A DNA stretch of 64,000 nucleotides from Lama guanicoe (Eukaryota), in contig MU054391.1 of NCBI GenBank assembly GCA_013239625.1, forward strand, positions 6,035,824 through 6,099,823, in the 5' to 3' direction. Position numbers and translations under genes: made by a program. Shown one piece after another: positions 1 through 13,261 of the stretch (positions are counted from its first letter, which is position 1; every line of letters begins with the position of its first letter). The notes beneath the pieces were generated by a model. The model had not been told where the DNA came from and did no database searches. It worked only from the letters and a program-made list of their open reading frames with translations.

Positions 1-158
1 TAATGCACAGCTTCCATTTGGGACAATAAGGTTCTGGAATTAGATGACGCTGATGGTACAACAGTGTGAATGTGCTTAATGCCATTGAAATATGCACTTC
101 AAAATGATTCAAATGGTCAGTTTTATGTTAGCTCTATTTTACCACGATAAAAACAAAA
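1..158 (+). mobile_element. Old LINE-1 (L1M-type) 3' end fragment
   Basis: Typical L1MB-like 3' UTR wording (gttctggaattagat...gtgaatgtgcttaatgccattgaa...aaatggtcagttttatgtta...ttttaccacgataaaaac) ending A-rich. Confidence 0.75.
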
Positions 159-3100
159 TACAGTGACGCTTAGGTGGGGCTCTGGAAGCACAGACCCTGC
201 CATGGAAACGCAGCAGCTGAGCAGCAGCCCATCTCGCGCGAAGGCACAGGGGAGTGGGGGCGGGGACCGCGGTTCTAGTGACAAATATTCACAGTGAGGA
301 CAGGCTGATTCATTAATAATCCCGCAGGCGCTGACTGCTCCTGATCATGCATCTGCGGCCTACTATGCTCCAGGCCGAGGAGGATGGCGGCCCTGCCTGC
401 CTCTGGGGACACAATTGGGCTCCCTGTGGGGGGGTTTTCCTTTCCCATGAGGCCCCCATCCATGGCGCAAGTAATCTCGGGTTTGGCTGAGAAGAATGCA
501 CTCAATCAGCCGGCGTCTGTCATTTCCAGTAATGACTGTGCTCTGCTCTCGCTGTGAGGTGCCCTGAAGCATTTATTTTCTGGAACTGCCGAGCAGCTGC
601 CGGCCAGCTGTGCAAATCCCAGTGGTCCCAGGGGTTGTGGTCCGGGCCTGTTTCTCCTGCAGGAATTTAGCCACCAGAACGGGGAGCATCGGGGCCTGTC
701 TCCCAAGACCCCTGCTCAGCCTGTCAGGTCAGAGGCTGGCTGTCACCTCCGGCCTCCCTCTAAGGACGGGCCATTAATCAGGATAATGACAATAAAGATG
801 GCGATGGGCCCTTTGAGGGGCACAGCCTTTTACAGTTTATGCTGCACGTTCCTGATTGATATCTCATTTCATCTCTACAGTCACGCTGGGGGAAGGGTTG
901 TCCTTTTTTTCCAGGGGAGGCTCAGTGAGGGTCAAAAAATCCGTCACCCAATGGATCACCAATACAAATGACACCCCAACCCAGTGTGACTGATTCCAGG
1001 ACAGAGCCCATCCCACTCACCACAATGGGGTTTAAGGATTTTGCAGCTCGAAGACACGCTTTTGGTCCTCCATAAAACGGTGTGATGCACAGGCATGATG
1101 AGGGGGACTAGCGACATGGTGGACGGGACGGAGGCGCAGACTGGGAAGGGCCCTGAGCTCAGGGGAAGGCTGGGGTTGGCATGGGTGACTCACTCCACCT
1201 CTGCCTCAGGACGAATTTGGGAGCCGTGAGTCATCCTCACTCAGGGACGTGGGGCTGGGGCCCGGGTTAAACCGTGGTGGGTCAACGCACATGTGCTATA
1301 AAGGGGTGAAAACGAGTGACTCCTTCTGAGATACAATCAAGCTAGTTTCCAGTGGAAGCTCTGTCAGCAGATACAACAGAGGGGGGCCGAGCGGCGTCAG
1401 CCCGGCCTGCCCTGTCCTCCAGCGCTGGGGTCGGCAGGGCTGATGGCCCTGTTTGCGCAGACCAGGGCGACCTGGAGTGGTTTTGCAAATTCCCTTGGCT
1501 TCCAGGAGTGGGGTTGAATATGTATGATTAAGCCACTGCATTTGACTCATGCCTGAGACAGATCCAAGGGTTGGGGTAAATAGAGCCGGGAGAGTTGCTA
1601 GAACCTCCCTAGCTTGACCATATGGTGACCCCCTCCCTCATTTGGGGACTGGTCCCTCCTCCACTCCCAGTCCTTACGTTCTTCTCAGAGTGGACTCCAC
1701 GCCCCCTCACTGTGAGGTGTCCCAGAGGTAGGCGTGGAATGAAGTCTGACCTACCACAGCCCCCATTCCCTGCGTCAGGATGGCAGGGGCCCAAGGCCGA
1801 GAGCCACCCCCTGGGCGGGGACAGCAGGGCCTGTGGGGCCAGGACCTGTCTCTCCCCTGGGGTTGTTGAGGTGGTGAGGGAAGGGCTGGTGGTGCCGGTG
1901 GGTACCTTTGCCTTCACAGAGAATGGAAGCAACAGCCAGGAGAGCAGGTGACAGAGACCGACCTAAGGACACCCCTCACTTGCGCCGCCATCCAACGGTG
2001 TCTGAATCCGAAGCCCCTCCCCCTCCCCCTCCCCAGACTTCTTAGCATCACAAGCAGATAAATTCTCTCTACTGCTTTAACTCGATGGAGCTGGGTTCCT
2101 GTCGTTAGCAACCCAAAGTGCTCCAACTAAAAATACACTAGGTATTTTAACTTCTTTAAACCTTGTTCTGAATTATGTATCGCTCTTATAAATATAATCA
2201 TTAGTGCTTGGTAATAATTTATCTTCAGGTCTTTTAATAAAATGTTCTGCTTCATAGAAAACCCTAATTGAGTGGAGAAGCATTTAATAAACGTGGCCTT
2301 GCTCCGATAGGCCCCGGGGAGGCCGGGCTGGTGGAGAAGGAGGCTTGGCCAGCTCCCTCGTAGCCAACTCTGTGCCCTCGGAAGTATAAAGTGCCCTTGG
2401 GTGCCTGACCTCATAAGCCGGTGATGGCAAATGAAATAGAGTGTGATGGAAGCCTTTGCAGGGGCCTGTGGGGTAGGTGGTCCTGATCCATCAGGAGGGA
2501 AGGAGTGGGCTCAGCTCCGTGTCTCAAGCGTCCCCCGGCATCAGGTGCTGGGCCTCTTAAGTTCATCGGGTCTTTTCAAGGCAACAGGTAGGCAGCAGGC
2601 AGGGTCATTGTCCCGGTCTTGCTGCTGAGAACCGGAGGCTTGGACCCCACTGATGTCCTCAGCTAGTCAGTGGCCAAGAAGGAACTCAAGCCCCATCTCT
2701 CTATCGCCATTCTCGTCCCCTTGTGGGTTAAAGGGACACCATCATCTCTGATCCTCTCCAGCTGCTGAGTGGCTGGGTGAGCCCTCCGTCCATCGAGGAA
2801 GTAGTAGTTACCAACTGCCCCCTGCTTGTTCCTGCTACTGCCGTCCCAGGACCCTGATGGCACCTTCCCGAGCTGCCCCTTGAATTCAGAAATGCTGTGT
2901 CCCAGCTGTAGTGCTGGGGAGCCGGAAGCTCAGCATCCTTTCAGAGGCAGGAGGTTGTGACCCCAGGAAATACTTGGATGTTCATTAAGCAGACACCCAT
3001 GTACCTGGACTGCTCCCAGGAGTCGTGGGCAGTAAGGACGGCATTTAGGGCTAGTTTGCACCCCAGGCAAACACGCCAAGGGGCCCAGGGCACAAGCCAG

Positions 3101-3379
3101 GGAGATGGAGGCCCTCTCCCCCAGGAAGTGGGGCTAAGATGACCTGTCTCTGCAGCCTTCTACTTGAAGGGCTGTCCCGGCATCACTGGGCACTGTGAGA
3201 AATGCAGCAACGCAGGCTCCACCCCAGACTTGCTGGACCATTTTAACCAGTTCTATACATTTGAGAGGCCACAACTAGAGACGTGGTAAGAATCAGTGCG
3301 GTTCCCTGTTTACAACCATGTCATGAACTTGGGATGTCCCAGGTAATGGGGAGGGACAATTATTGAGAGTTATCTTTGA

Positions 3380-3500
3380 AGGACCCTCCAAGGTGGGTAC
3401 AGGCAGGGAATATTAATCTCACTTTACAGGTGAGCAAACTGAGGCTCAGAGAGGTTAAGTGACAGACTGAGGTCCCAGGCCCGGGGTCTTTCCACTGTCC
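3380..3500 (-). mobile_element. MIR SINE fragment
   Basis: cactttacaggtgagcaaactgaggctcagagaggttaagtgac is the reverse complement of the MIR core. Confidence 0.8.
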
Positions 3501-5689
3501 CCCCGTGGGAACCAGCTCAGGATCACCGTGTTTGAGCTATGGCCGCGGCTGGGCCATTTGCCGAGGCGTTAGTTCCCAGGGGCTCATGGACCCGGCACCA
3601 CACACCAGGAGGTGAGCCGGTCACCGCCTCACAGACGAGAAGGCACACTGGGGAGCCCAGCTGGTAAGTGGCCAAGTGAGATGCAGACCCAGGCCTGTCG
3701 GATGTTCCAAGATGCCTTCTCAATGCGTTTCCTTCCCTAGACCCTGTCTGAGGGATTCTCAAGGCCTTGAGAACAGGTCAAGAGTGGGTGAAGGACGAGA
3801 GAGAGGAGGGGTAGCCGGGCCTGAGAGGGGCTGTGCTGACCTCTGAGAACGTCTGGGACCAGGCACAGCCTTCAGGCCTCTGGACCGGCTGACAGCATCC
3901 TGTTGGGGTGTGGGGAGGAGGCTGAGGGAGAGTCATAGGAAGCAGGCAGGGAACAGGGGAGTGAGGATCCTTCCTCCTCCCTTCCTCTCCCTCTTTCCTG
4001 CCTTCCACGAACACTTTCTCTGCATTCCCTGTGCCAAGCTCTGTGCCGGCATCTGCTCTCGGATCCCGCTGGATGCCGCCAGTGAGACAGATGGCGTGTC
4101 ACCATCACAGGCTCTCAGCTGCGGGGAGAAAGCAGGGCTTCTGCTCCAGGAGGCGCTCTGAGCCCAGGCCAGGTGAGGAGTGCACACAGGCCACATGAGT
4201 CACATAAGGAGTCAGACCTCAGCTCTGACTCAGCAAAGAGGGAAGGACGGGCATAAGGACTAGACAAACGATGTCTAAACTCCAGATTTTGGTCTGAATT
4301 AGAAGATAATTTCTCTTCGGTTTGGATTTCCAAAGTGGACACCCCTCAAGCAGTGAGTCCCTCCCCGCGCCAGGGGCTGTGGCTGGCGCTCACACATCCC
4401 CGTCATTCAGTTCTCACAACTCTAAGGGGAGGGGTTTCCCCCACACCCCCAACATTAACAAATGACGAAATCAGACCCAGAGAGGTTAAGTTACTCGGGC
4501 AAATCTAACAGTATTAAAGGACAGGGCCCAGATTCGTGTCCAGGCCTGCCTGGCTGCAAAGCTTGGTGCTCACCTCGTGCCCCTCCTCCCCCTACCCAGG
4601 CCCTCAGGTGGTGTTCAGCCCATGGTCCTCTCAAAGGAGCGAGAGTGAAGGAGGACGCTTGGAATCTTCCACTGGCTCCTCCTGCGATGCCCTGGGGGCC
4701 TGTCCAACTTCATTTCATTGAGCCCTATTCTCTCCTCCCTCCAAGCTACATTAAAATTGTTTTTAAAAGTCAATTTTGCTGCTCTTGAAGCGTGAGCTGG
4801 GAGGGCCTGTTTTCCTGAAAACAAGTCTAGCCCTGGTCCAGTCCCCAGGAACCGGATCCACCTCTACTGCCCCCTTTGCCTCCCCATCGCCTTCCCCCTT
4901 GATGGCTATTGTTTTGTTCCAAGGCCAAATCCCCCCTGTTCCTGGCTCAGCTCCTGCTGTCTTGCTGGGACACCCTGGGCTGAGGCCACTGTCCCCCTTT
5001 GCCCCTACTGACCCGCTCCTGTTTGTTTGCTCCGGTTGGTATCTTTCCCTGAGTCACTGCTCTGCCCCAGGTGAGGACAGCTAGGACCCAACCAGGTTTG
5101 CCAGACCTTGTGTCACCCCCTAAGCATCCCCAACCCATGAAGATCAGAGGGCAGCTGGAGGCCTGGGGGCTGCTCCGAAGCCTGACCCCATGGCCTCTAG
5201 CACGTACGATGTTAGGTATGTCTGGGAGCTTTGCAAGCCTCTGGAATGCCATTTCAGTTCTGACCCAGAAGGTTCTGAAATATTAAAATCTCATTAACTC
5301 CTGAGCTTCTCCAGGGCTACAGAGTCCAGTGGCTTCCTCCGATTTCACAAGTCGATTTTGGACCTTGGCTGTTCACCTCCCTTTACAGAGTGAGTCTGGG
5401 CTGTGGGCAGGTGCCCCTCTCAGTCTCCATCACTGAGCCCTTGGCTACTGCCATGTCCCTGCTGCCAAGTGAGGACTCGCCAGACCCTCTCCTGAGCCAC
5501 CTCACTGCTCACTTGCCCACAGCACCTGATGGAACAGCAGCAACTCCCACAGTGGCACAACTCTGACCCCCCGGGCTTCGTCGCTGGGATCCAGCCCAGG
5601 AAGGGCTCCCCGCCACCTCCCAGGGCCCTCCTTTGCCCACAGCCCTCTGACTTGGGCCTTCTGCCAACATTCCACAAGTCACTCAAATG

Positions 5690-6110
5690 AGGTGCTACAA
5701 TTCTCTGCCGCTGTGTGAGAAGTCACCGCAAAACGTAGTGGCCTAAAACACCACCAATCATTTTGTTATCTCAGTAGGTTTCTGTGGGTCAGGAATTTGG
5801 GAAGAGTCCAGCTCAAATGTCCTAACTCAGGATCTCATGTGGCTGTAGTCAGATACACCTAGAGTCAGGCTTTCGGGGCTGACCAGCCTCCTCTCTCTTT
5901 TCCTGAAGTCCCAGGCCTCTCCATGTGGTCTCTCCCCGTAGGGTAGTTTGGGCTTCCTTACAACTTGGCGGCCTCATGGTAGTCCAGCAGCTCATAGTGT
6001 AGCTGAGGGCTTCCAGAGCATGTATTCCAACAAGTGAAGTAGAAACCAGTGAAAGAGATGACAGGAGGGATTTGGGATGAGATAGGCATGCTCTGTGGAG
6101 GGCGAGCTTG
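5690..6110 (-). mobile_element. MaLR LTR (MLT1F/G/H-like)
   Basis: caaaacgtagtggcctaaaaca...tttctgtgggtcaggaatttgggaa...gggtagtttgggcttccttacaac, as in antisense MLT1; boundaries approximate. Confidence 0.65.
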
Positions 6111-6289
6111 AGCACAAGGTGACTCTCGGAGACAGCCTCTGGCGTCTCACCTCCCTCCTACGATAGCCCTTGTTGGCTCCTCTGCTGGAGAAACAACAGT
6201 GTGCGTCTTGCCCTGGCCCTATGCCTCTCGCTTTCTTTTCTAAATCCCAGGTCTCTGGAACACTCTTCAAGCTCTTTCATCATAGGCTT

Positions 6290-6750
6290 CTTTTTTTTTA
6301 AACTTTCGGTTGAAGTAAACAAAAAACAGGAAAATACACAAATCATGAGTGCAGGAGTAAACAGTATCCTGGCTTCTAAGGCATTAGCTTAGTTTTGCCT
6401 GTTTTTCAAACTTACAGGGAATCATGCAGTGCGCACTCTTTCTGCATCTGAATCTCCTCTGTCTGGATTCTTCCGGCAACCTTATGTTTGTGGGATTCGT
6501 CTGTTTCATTGCATATGGTTGCTCATTCTCCTTTCTGTATTCTGCTGTGTGATTGATAGTATTGCTGTTTATATCCGTTCTCCTGTTCTATTTTTGATGG
6601 GCATTTGAGTCATTTCACTTCTGGCTAATACAAATAGTGCTGCTAAGAACATTCCAGTGCACATTTTTGGTACACAAATGTTTGCATTTCTGTTGGGCTG
6701 AAACATAGGCGCTAATGGGGACATGTGTAGGTATATATTTCAGAAGGCTC
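6290..6750 (-). mobile_element. Ancient L1 (L1ME-like) 3' fragment
   Basis: T-tract then gatgggcatttgagtcatttcacttctggctaatacaaatagtgctgctaagaacattc, typical antisense L1M 3' region. Confidence 0.65.
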
Positions 6751-7221
6751 TCGCAGGATCCATAAAGATGAATCCTGTGGTCCTGGGGGTTGCGTTGGAA
6801 GCCCCAGCCATTGTGACAGCAGGCAGAGCACTGCTGGGCCACACCCAAGACCACCCTTCACTTTGACCCCAAGGTTCTTTGGAGAAACCCCAGATGTTCA
6901 ACACCAAGACTGGGCAGGCTCTGGGTAAACAGGGCTGCCCGCTGCCCAGGGCCCTGGGCACTCTCTACTGCTTCAGTGTGTGTACTAAGCCTCTAAGGTG
7001 ATGGGGGAAGGGAGATTTTGACTGCAGATTAGTAAAGAACAATTGTCAGAATGAAAACAGACGCCAAAGGCAAGCAGGTCTGGGAGGCCAGAGACTTTGT
7101 CCTCTGAGTCTGCCCAGTGATCCCAAACTTGTGAACTTTCAGTGAGAGGAGGGGTTCCCCCTTCCTGGGCCCAATCTGAGCTCCCAGAAAGCTCTGGGAC
7201 TGCAAGGTCTCTGTAGATTAG

Positions 7222-7361
7222 CTAGTGTTTGCAATCTTGTCTGCACACTAGAATTACCTGTGGGGTTTCAAAGATACTGATGCCTGGGTCCCACCCCCAA
7301 GGTTGGTATTTAATTGGTCTGGGGTGATGCCTGGGCTTGGAATTCTTGAAAGATCCCCAGG
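7222..7361. mobile_element. MER5-like hAT-Charlie MITE fragment
   Basis: cttgtctgcacactagaattacctg...gatgcctgggtcccacccc...taattggtctggggtg...ccccaggtg. Confidence 0.7.
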
Positions 7362-7817
7362 TGTATCTGTCAGGGTCAATGGGAGAAGCAGAACCACACA
7401 TGCATGTAGTATGCATGCATGCATGTAGGTAGCAAGTAATAGATGTGCAGTGTGTATGCTTGTGTGTAAGAGGCATATAGAGGGGTATGTAGATGGTGTG
7501 TAGTATGTGGACAGGTGTGTACATGCTGGGTGTGCATGTGTGTATGTATAAGAAGAGATTTGTTGTAAGGATTTGACTTTGTGCAACTGTGGAAGCTGTT
7601 GAGCAGTCTCTGTAAGGCTATTATCTTTATCACTGACATTTGGGTTTGAAGTCACCAGGACAAAAAGGTGGGAGGGAAGTTGGATGTCAGGTAGAGAGAA
7701 CATGAATAAGCTGGAACCCTGGAGCATGAGCTGGAGACCATGAGGATAGACGTGCCTCTGATCCTGGGGCATGGGTGTCCCCCAGAAGGCCTTTGTCACA
7801 GGGTTAAGCACACACAT
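7362..7817 (-). mobile_element. MLT2-like (ERVL) LTR with internal TG-rich degenerate microsatellite (~7400-7550)
   Basis: tgtatctgtcagggtc...agaagcagaacca...(TG-rich)...agagatttgttgtaaggatttgact pattern of antisense MLT2. Confidence 0.5.
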
Positions 7818-9655
7818 CTGTTTTCTTAATTTCCTCTTTTTTTCTTAATTGTTTTCTTAATTTCCTTTTGAGATTGTTCACTGTGAGTGTATAGAAACAC
7901 AAATGTTTTATGTGTTGATTTTGTGTCCTGCTACTTTGCTGAGTTTGTTTTTATTAATTCTAATAGTTTGTGTGTGTGTGTGAAATCTTTAGTTTTCTAC
8001 ATATAAAATCATATCATCTGCAGAGATATTTTACTTCTTCCTTTCCATTTTGGATGCCTTTTATTTCTTTTTCTCATCTAGATTCTCTGGATAGAACTTC
8101 CAGGACTTTGTTGAAGGTGAAAGTTCCTTGTCCTGATCCTGATCTTAGAGGAAAAGCTTTCCGCATTCCATACTTTTGAGTAGATGTTTGTTGTGGGTTT
8201 TCCATACAAGGCTTTTATTATGTTGAGGTTATTTTCTTCTATTCCTAGTTTATTGAGTGTTTTTATCATGAAAGGGTGCTGCATTTTGTCAAATACTTTT
8301 TCTACATCGATTTACATGGTCATGTGTTTTTTCCCTTTCATTCTGTTAATGTGGTATGTCACACTGATGGATTTTTGTATGTCGAACCATCCTTGCACTC
8401 TAGTGGGAATTAATCCCACTTGGTCATGGTGTATAATCCTTTTAATATGCTGTCCAATTCTGCTTTTCTAGTATTTTGTCAAGGATTTTTTACATCAGTG
8501 CTCATAAGGTATGTCTTTTCTTGTAATGTTTTTGTCTGGTTTGGTATCAGTGCAGTGCTAGCCACAGTGTTTTCTCCTCTCTTTCAGAAAAGTTTGAGAA
8601 AGATTGATATTAGTCTTCTCTAAATATTTGGTAGAATTCACCAGGGAAGCCATTAGGTCCAGGGCTTTTTTGGGTCAGATTTAAAATTTTTGATTACTGA
8701 TTTAATCTCCTTACTAGTTTTAGATCTATTCATATTTTCTATTTCTTTCTTACTCAGCCTTGGTAGGTTTTGTGTTCTATAAATTTGTCCATTTCATCTA
8801 GGCTATTCAGTTGTATACAATTGTTCATATTATTCTCTTATCATCCTTTTTATTTCTGTAGAATTAGTAGTAATATCCTCACTTTCATTTCTGATTTTAG
8901 TAATTTGAGACTTCTCTTTCTCACTCTTTTTTTCAGCCAATCTGGTTAATGGTTTACCAATTTTGTTGGTATTTTCAAAGAATCAGCTTTTGATTTCATT
9001 CCTTTTTCTCTGTTTTTTTTTTCTGTTCTCTATTTTGCTTATCTCCACTCCAGTCTTTATTATTTCTTCCTTTTGTTAGCCTTAGATTTAGTTTGCTCTT
9101 CTTTCTCTAGTTCCTTAAGATGTAAAGTCCGGTTGTTGACATGAGGTCTTCCTCCTTTTTCATGGTAAGCATTTATAGCTGCAAATCCCCCCCTTAGCAT
9201 TGCTGTCACTGCCTTCTGTAAGTTTTGGTATGCTGTGTTTTTGTTTTCACTTGTCTGTAAATATTTTCTAATTTCCTTTATGATCCTTGTTTGATTCATT
9301 AGTTGTTTAAGACCATGTTATTTAATTTCGACCAATTTGTGAATTCTCCCGTTTTCTTTTTGCTATTGATTTCACATCATTTTGTGGTCAGAGAAGATAC
9401 TTTGTTCAATATTTATTTTTCAAAATCTATCGAGACTTAATTTGTGGCCTAGTATATGGTCTGTCCTGGAGAATGTGTGCTTGAGAAGAATGTGTGTTCT
9501 ACTGTTGTCAGGTACAGTGCTTCATATATGTCTGTTAGATCTAGTTGGCTTATTTTGTTGTTCAAGTCCTCTGTTTCCTTACTTATCTTTTATATGGTTG
9601 TTCTATTCATTATTGAGAGTAGGATATTGAAGTCTCCAACTATTATTGTAGAATA
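7818..9655 (-). mobile_element. LINE-1 ORF2 fragment (EN/RT region), decayed with internal deletions
   Basis: Minus-strand ORFs MQHPFMIKTLNKLGIEENNLNIIKALYGKPT and IIKEIRKYLQTSENKNTAYQNLQKAVTAMLRGGFAAINAY...LKELEKEEQTKSK are L1 ORF2-like; many stops and frameshifts. Confidence 0.92.
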
Positions 9656-9694
9656 AACAAATCTTTTGGGAAGATTTAATTCAACCCATAACCC

Positions 9695-10108
9695 CCACCC
9701 CCCAAAGATATCCACATCAAAATCCTTAAAACCTGTGAATACGTTACCTGACCTGGTGAAAGGGACTTTGTGGGTGTGATTAAATTAAGGAGGGGAAGAT
9801 TATTCAGGTGTGTCCAAAGTAATTACAAAGACCCTTAAAAAAGAGAGAGGGCAGGAGGGTCAGAGCCAGAGACATAATGATGGAAGCAAAGGTCAAAGTG
9901 ATGCAGGATGTGAGCCAAGATTGGGGCAAACACTAGAAGCTGGAAAAGGCCAGGAAATGGTTTCTGTCCTAGAGACTCCAGGAGGAACACAGGCTGCCCA
10001 CTCACTCCAGATTTCTGCCTTCCAGAGCCCTAAGTGAATACATTTGTGTATGCTGTAAGCCACTGTGTGTGTGGTCATTTGTCACTGCAGCCTGTGGGAT
10101 CTGATACA
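9695..10108 (+). mobile_element. MaLR LTR (MLT1C/D-like)
   Basis: aaagatatccacatc...acctgtgaatacgttacc...agggactttg...ctagaagctggaaaaggccaggaaatgg...gtggtcatttgtcactgcagcc...ctgataca. Confidence 0.8.
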
Positions 10109-11376
10109 ATGCCTAGGCACCAAGGGCATCTCAGATCTGGAGGAGCTGGAGCCTGGGGGGAGGCCCTGTGTTCTTGCCCCTTGATTCCAGACTGCGAGGA
10201 GTTCTCCATACATCACCTCCAACAAGCTACTTCCTCTCCTCCACCCCTCAGTCACCCTGCCTGTAAATGAGGGAGTTGAACCACATCCATCGTTTCCAGA
10301 TTATGGAATTCCCAACTATTACATCCCCTCTGTCAGCCAGGCAGGACCCCCAGAGAGGACCCAATTTCTCATGGCAATAAGGGAGGACATTTTTAAAAAT
10401 ATGCAACCACAATCCATTCTCCCATCGTTTCATAAAAGCACGGAGATGTTTATACATCTTAGCACAAAGGCTGGAAGTTTATACTAGACACACTTAGCTT
10501 TAGAAAACTCACCCCGCAAACACTGTTCTCACTTCGCTGCTGGCCTCCAAAGCTCCTCTTCTGCAGGGTTGGAGCAGGACTCCGAGATCGAGCTTCCTGA
10601 CGACACTGCCCAACCAGATGCAGCTCCTGACTGGTTCTCTCCTGCCTCCAGGAGAGTCTCCTCACTCTCAGGTTCAGTTGCTCCCTCCCAATGGAAATCC
10701 AGTCACGGGCACCAATTTTGACAGGTGGAAACCCACCAAGAACTCTTAACTGACTACGGAGAGCAAAGTGGGCTGAAGGCACAGGACTCGTGTGCCGGGA
10801 ATTGGCTCCTGTGACCTCTGCTGACCTAAGAGTCTGGAGGCATCACTGGTACCTTCTGGAAAGTAGCGTTTTGTCTCCTGTGAGTCTTTCCTTAGATTCA
10901 CTTTCTTAACTTGCCGCCCCCACCCCCACCCCACACCACGCACCACTTGGCATGTCACTGGCTGTGCTGAGCCGTCTGTCTGCTTTCCAGCTGAGCACTC
11001 TTCACCCAGGCACTGAATGACCCCGTGCTGTCCCATGGTTTGTCCCCTCTCTTCTATTGTCAGGAAACCTTTTACTTTCAATCTCCCTTTCGGCTTTTAA
11101 TTGGATCTCCCTTTAAGACGTAGGCTTTGTGACTTTATGCTTTGACAGCCTGGAAGCTTGTCATGCTTTGTGCCGACCAGGAGAGGTCATTGTACAAGTG
11201 CCCTCTGGGTGAGGAGACCCGATGGTCAGAGCCCAGTTTGAAAATGGAGGGAATCAAGCTACGTGGTAGCTTGGTGGGAGTGTTGACGGCCCGGAAATCA
11301 GAAACACTAGCCTTGGGATGCCTGGCCCCACTGACAGTGATGGGTTTCTGGGGTCCTGAGCCTTCCTGACTTAGCT

Positions 11377-11553
11377 CAGGGGGTTACGATCTTGGCTCAC
11401 TCCGGAGTCACCTGGGGTCTTTTAAGTCAATTGCCTGGGTCCCGCTAGAAAGCAACTAAATCGAAATCTCTGAGAGTCTGGGCCTGTGCATCAGTTTCTA
11501 ATTCCCCAGAAATTTTAAGGCACAGCCAAGGTGGAGAACCAAGACTGGAACCT
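11377..11553. mobile_element. MER5A1-like hAT MITE
   Basis: cttggctcactccggagtcacctgggg...aaatctctg...gcacagccaaggtggagaacca; partly palindromic. Confidence 0.6.
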
Positions 11554-12799
11554 TCTCTTTAGAGTGCCTCACTCCCAGTGGACTGGATGGACCAGCCGAC
11601 TCCGACCCAGGCCCCGCCAGTCGCTGCCCAGAGCAGAGCTGGTGTCTGTCCTGGGAGCAGGAAGGCTGCTCCTCAATTCAAGAAAGCATGTCTGTGCCAA
11701 AGACCAGCCCCTTATTCCGAGCCGGAGTGTTTACCAGGACTTAACTGGTGCTTTATCTCTGGTCAATAGAAAGCACCATGGAAACTCTGCCTAGCGGGGA
11801 GGGAGAGGTGGGCACACCTTTCCTGGGAAGCACAAATGCACTTGTTTGCTAACCTGCCTGCTGACCTTGGGCAAGCCCTGTCCCCCCACCCCCACCCCCC
11901 AGTGTGGGAAAAGGGGAGCCCTTCTAACTAAGTCCCTGCAGTCGGCTCAGGCTGGAATCTGTTTCCTTTTCAACAGATGCCCTCAGAGAGGAGAGAGATT
12001 TCTAGGATCCCAGACAGTGGGAAACAGGGCTGGGCCTGGAGCCAGGCCTCTTCTGGACACCGTGCTGCCTCTGAAGTGGGGGGTCCAGGGTCCCTGTCTT
12101 AGACAGGCTCTGCAAGGAGGCCCCACGGCTGTGACTGCAGGCTCAGAGGTGAAGTACAAACAGGAAGGAAGGACAGGGGTGCTCAGTGGGGGCTCTGCGG
12201 GTGAGGGGTTGGGGGCGCAGTTCAGGAGCCCACCATTTAGGATGCTTTTGACACGTCTCACTAGCAGAACCTCAAAGGTCCAGGTGGGGCCAGCTCCATC
12301 CTCACTGAAGTGGCCTGATTGAGGTGGGAGACTTTGCTGGGGAAACAGAGGTCTGACCACCAACAGGCCATCGTTCCCCCAGTTTGCTCCCAGAAAAGAG
12401 CTGCACCCACGTTAACATCAAGGCCAACCCTCATTCCTACTTTCTACCTCCGGAATTATTCAAAGACGTAAGACCCAGGTTAGCACTAGGGCCCAGCTAA
12501 GGCACCTGCTGGGGGTTTGCGTCACACCCCACATGAGTACCATGCCACCATCTTTCTTCCGGGCAGCACTGACTGGCCAGCCCAGCTGTAGCTGCGCCCT
12601 CTGGCCTCCCTCACTGTTCAACATGTCCTATTCTGTCACCTTCCACTGGGGACCGTCCTCCCCGTGATGAGGGTTTTCCTCATGGGACTGTGAGCCCCAC
12701 AGGAAGGCCACTTGCTATTCTTCCAGTCACTATTTTGGGAAGCATGGGGACAGGGCTCAGACGGGACAGACACGGCGGGCTGCTCCCCAAATCCCTTCC

Positions 12800-13261
12800 T
12801 GTAACCAAGCAAGGCCCTGTGGGGCTTTCCCAGGACAGACCCTCTCTCCCATATCCTCTGTTGGAGCTCCTCTCTGGAGTACCCAGGTAATAGTATCTGA
12901 TGCACACTTCCTGAGTTGTTTTACAGATGCTAAAACTAAATGGAAGAAATTCACTACTTGGTGACTGTGAGCCCCCAGATGTGCAGGCGCCTAAGGATGG
13001 ATAGTGTTTCCGCCCTGTTACCTGCACATCAACCCATCAGAGGATTGTCCACAAGACAATCACGTACCCTGCGACTGCCCTCCCTCACCTGGTCTTTAAA
13101 AATCCTTTGCTGAAACCCTTTGAAGAGTTTGGGGTATCTGAGCATGAGCCACCCATTCTCCTTGCTTGGCCCTTCAATAAACCTTTCTCTTCTCCAAACT
13201 CCAACATTTCAGTTTGTTTGGCCTCACTGTGCGTCAGGCACTGAACATGCATTCAGTAACA
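12800..13261 (+). mobile_element. ERV solo LTR (ERV1-like), apparently inserted in an older MLT1 remnant
   Basis: Starts TGTAAC, ends GTAACA; AATAAA at ~13176; flanks CTTCC / TTTCC (imperfect TSD); MLT1-type end (gtggtctgtttgttatagcagc) follows at ~13330-13375. Confidence 0.75.
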
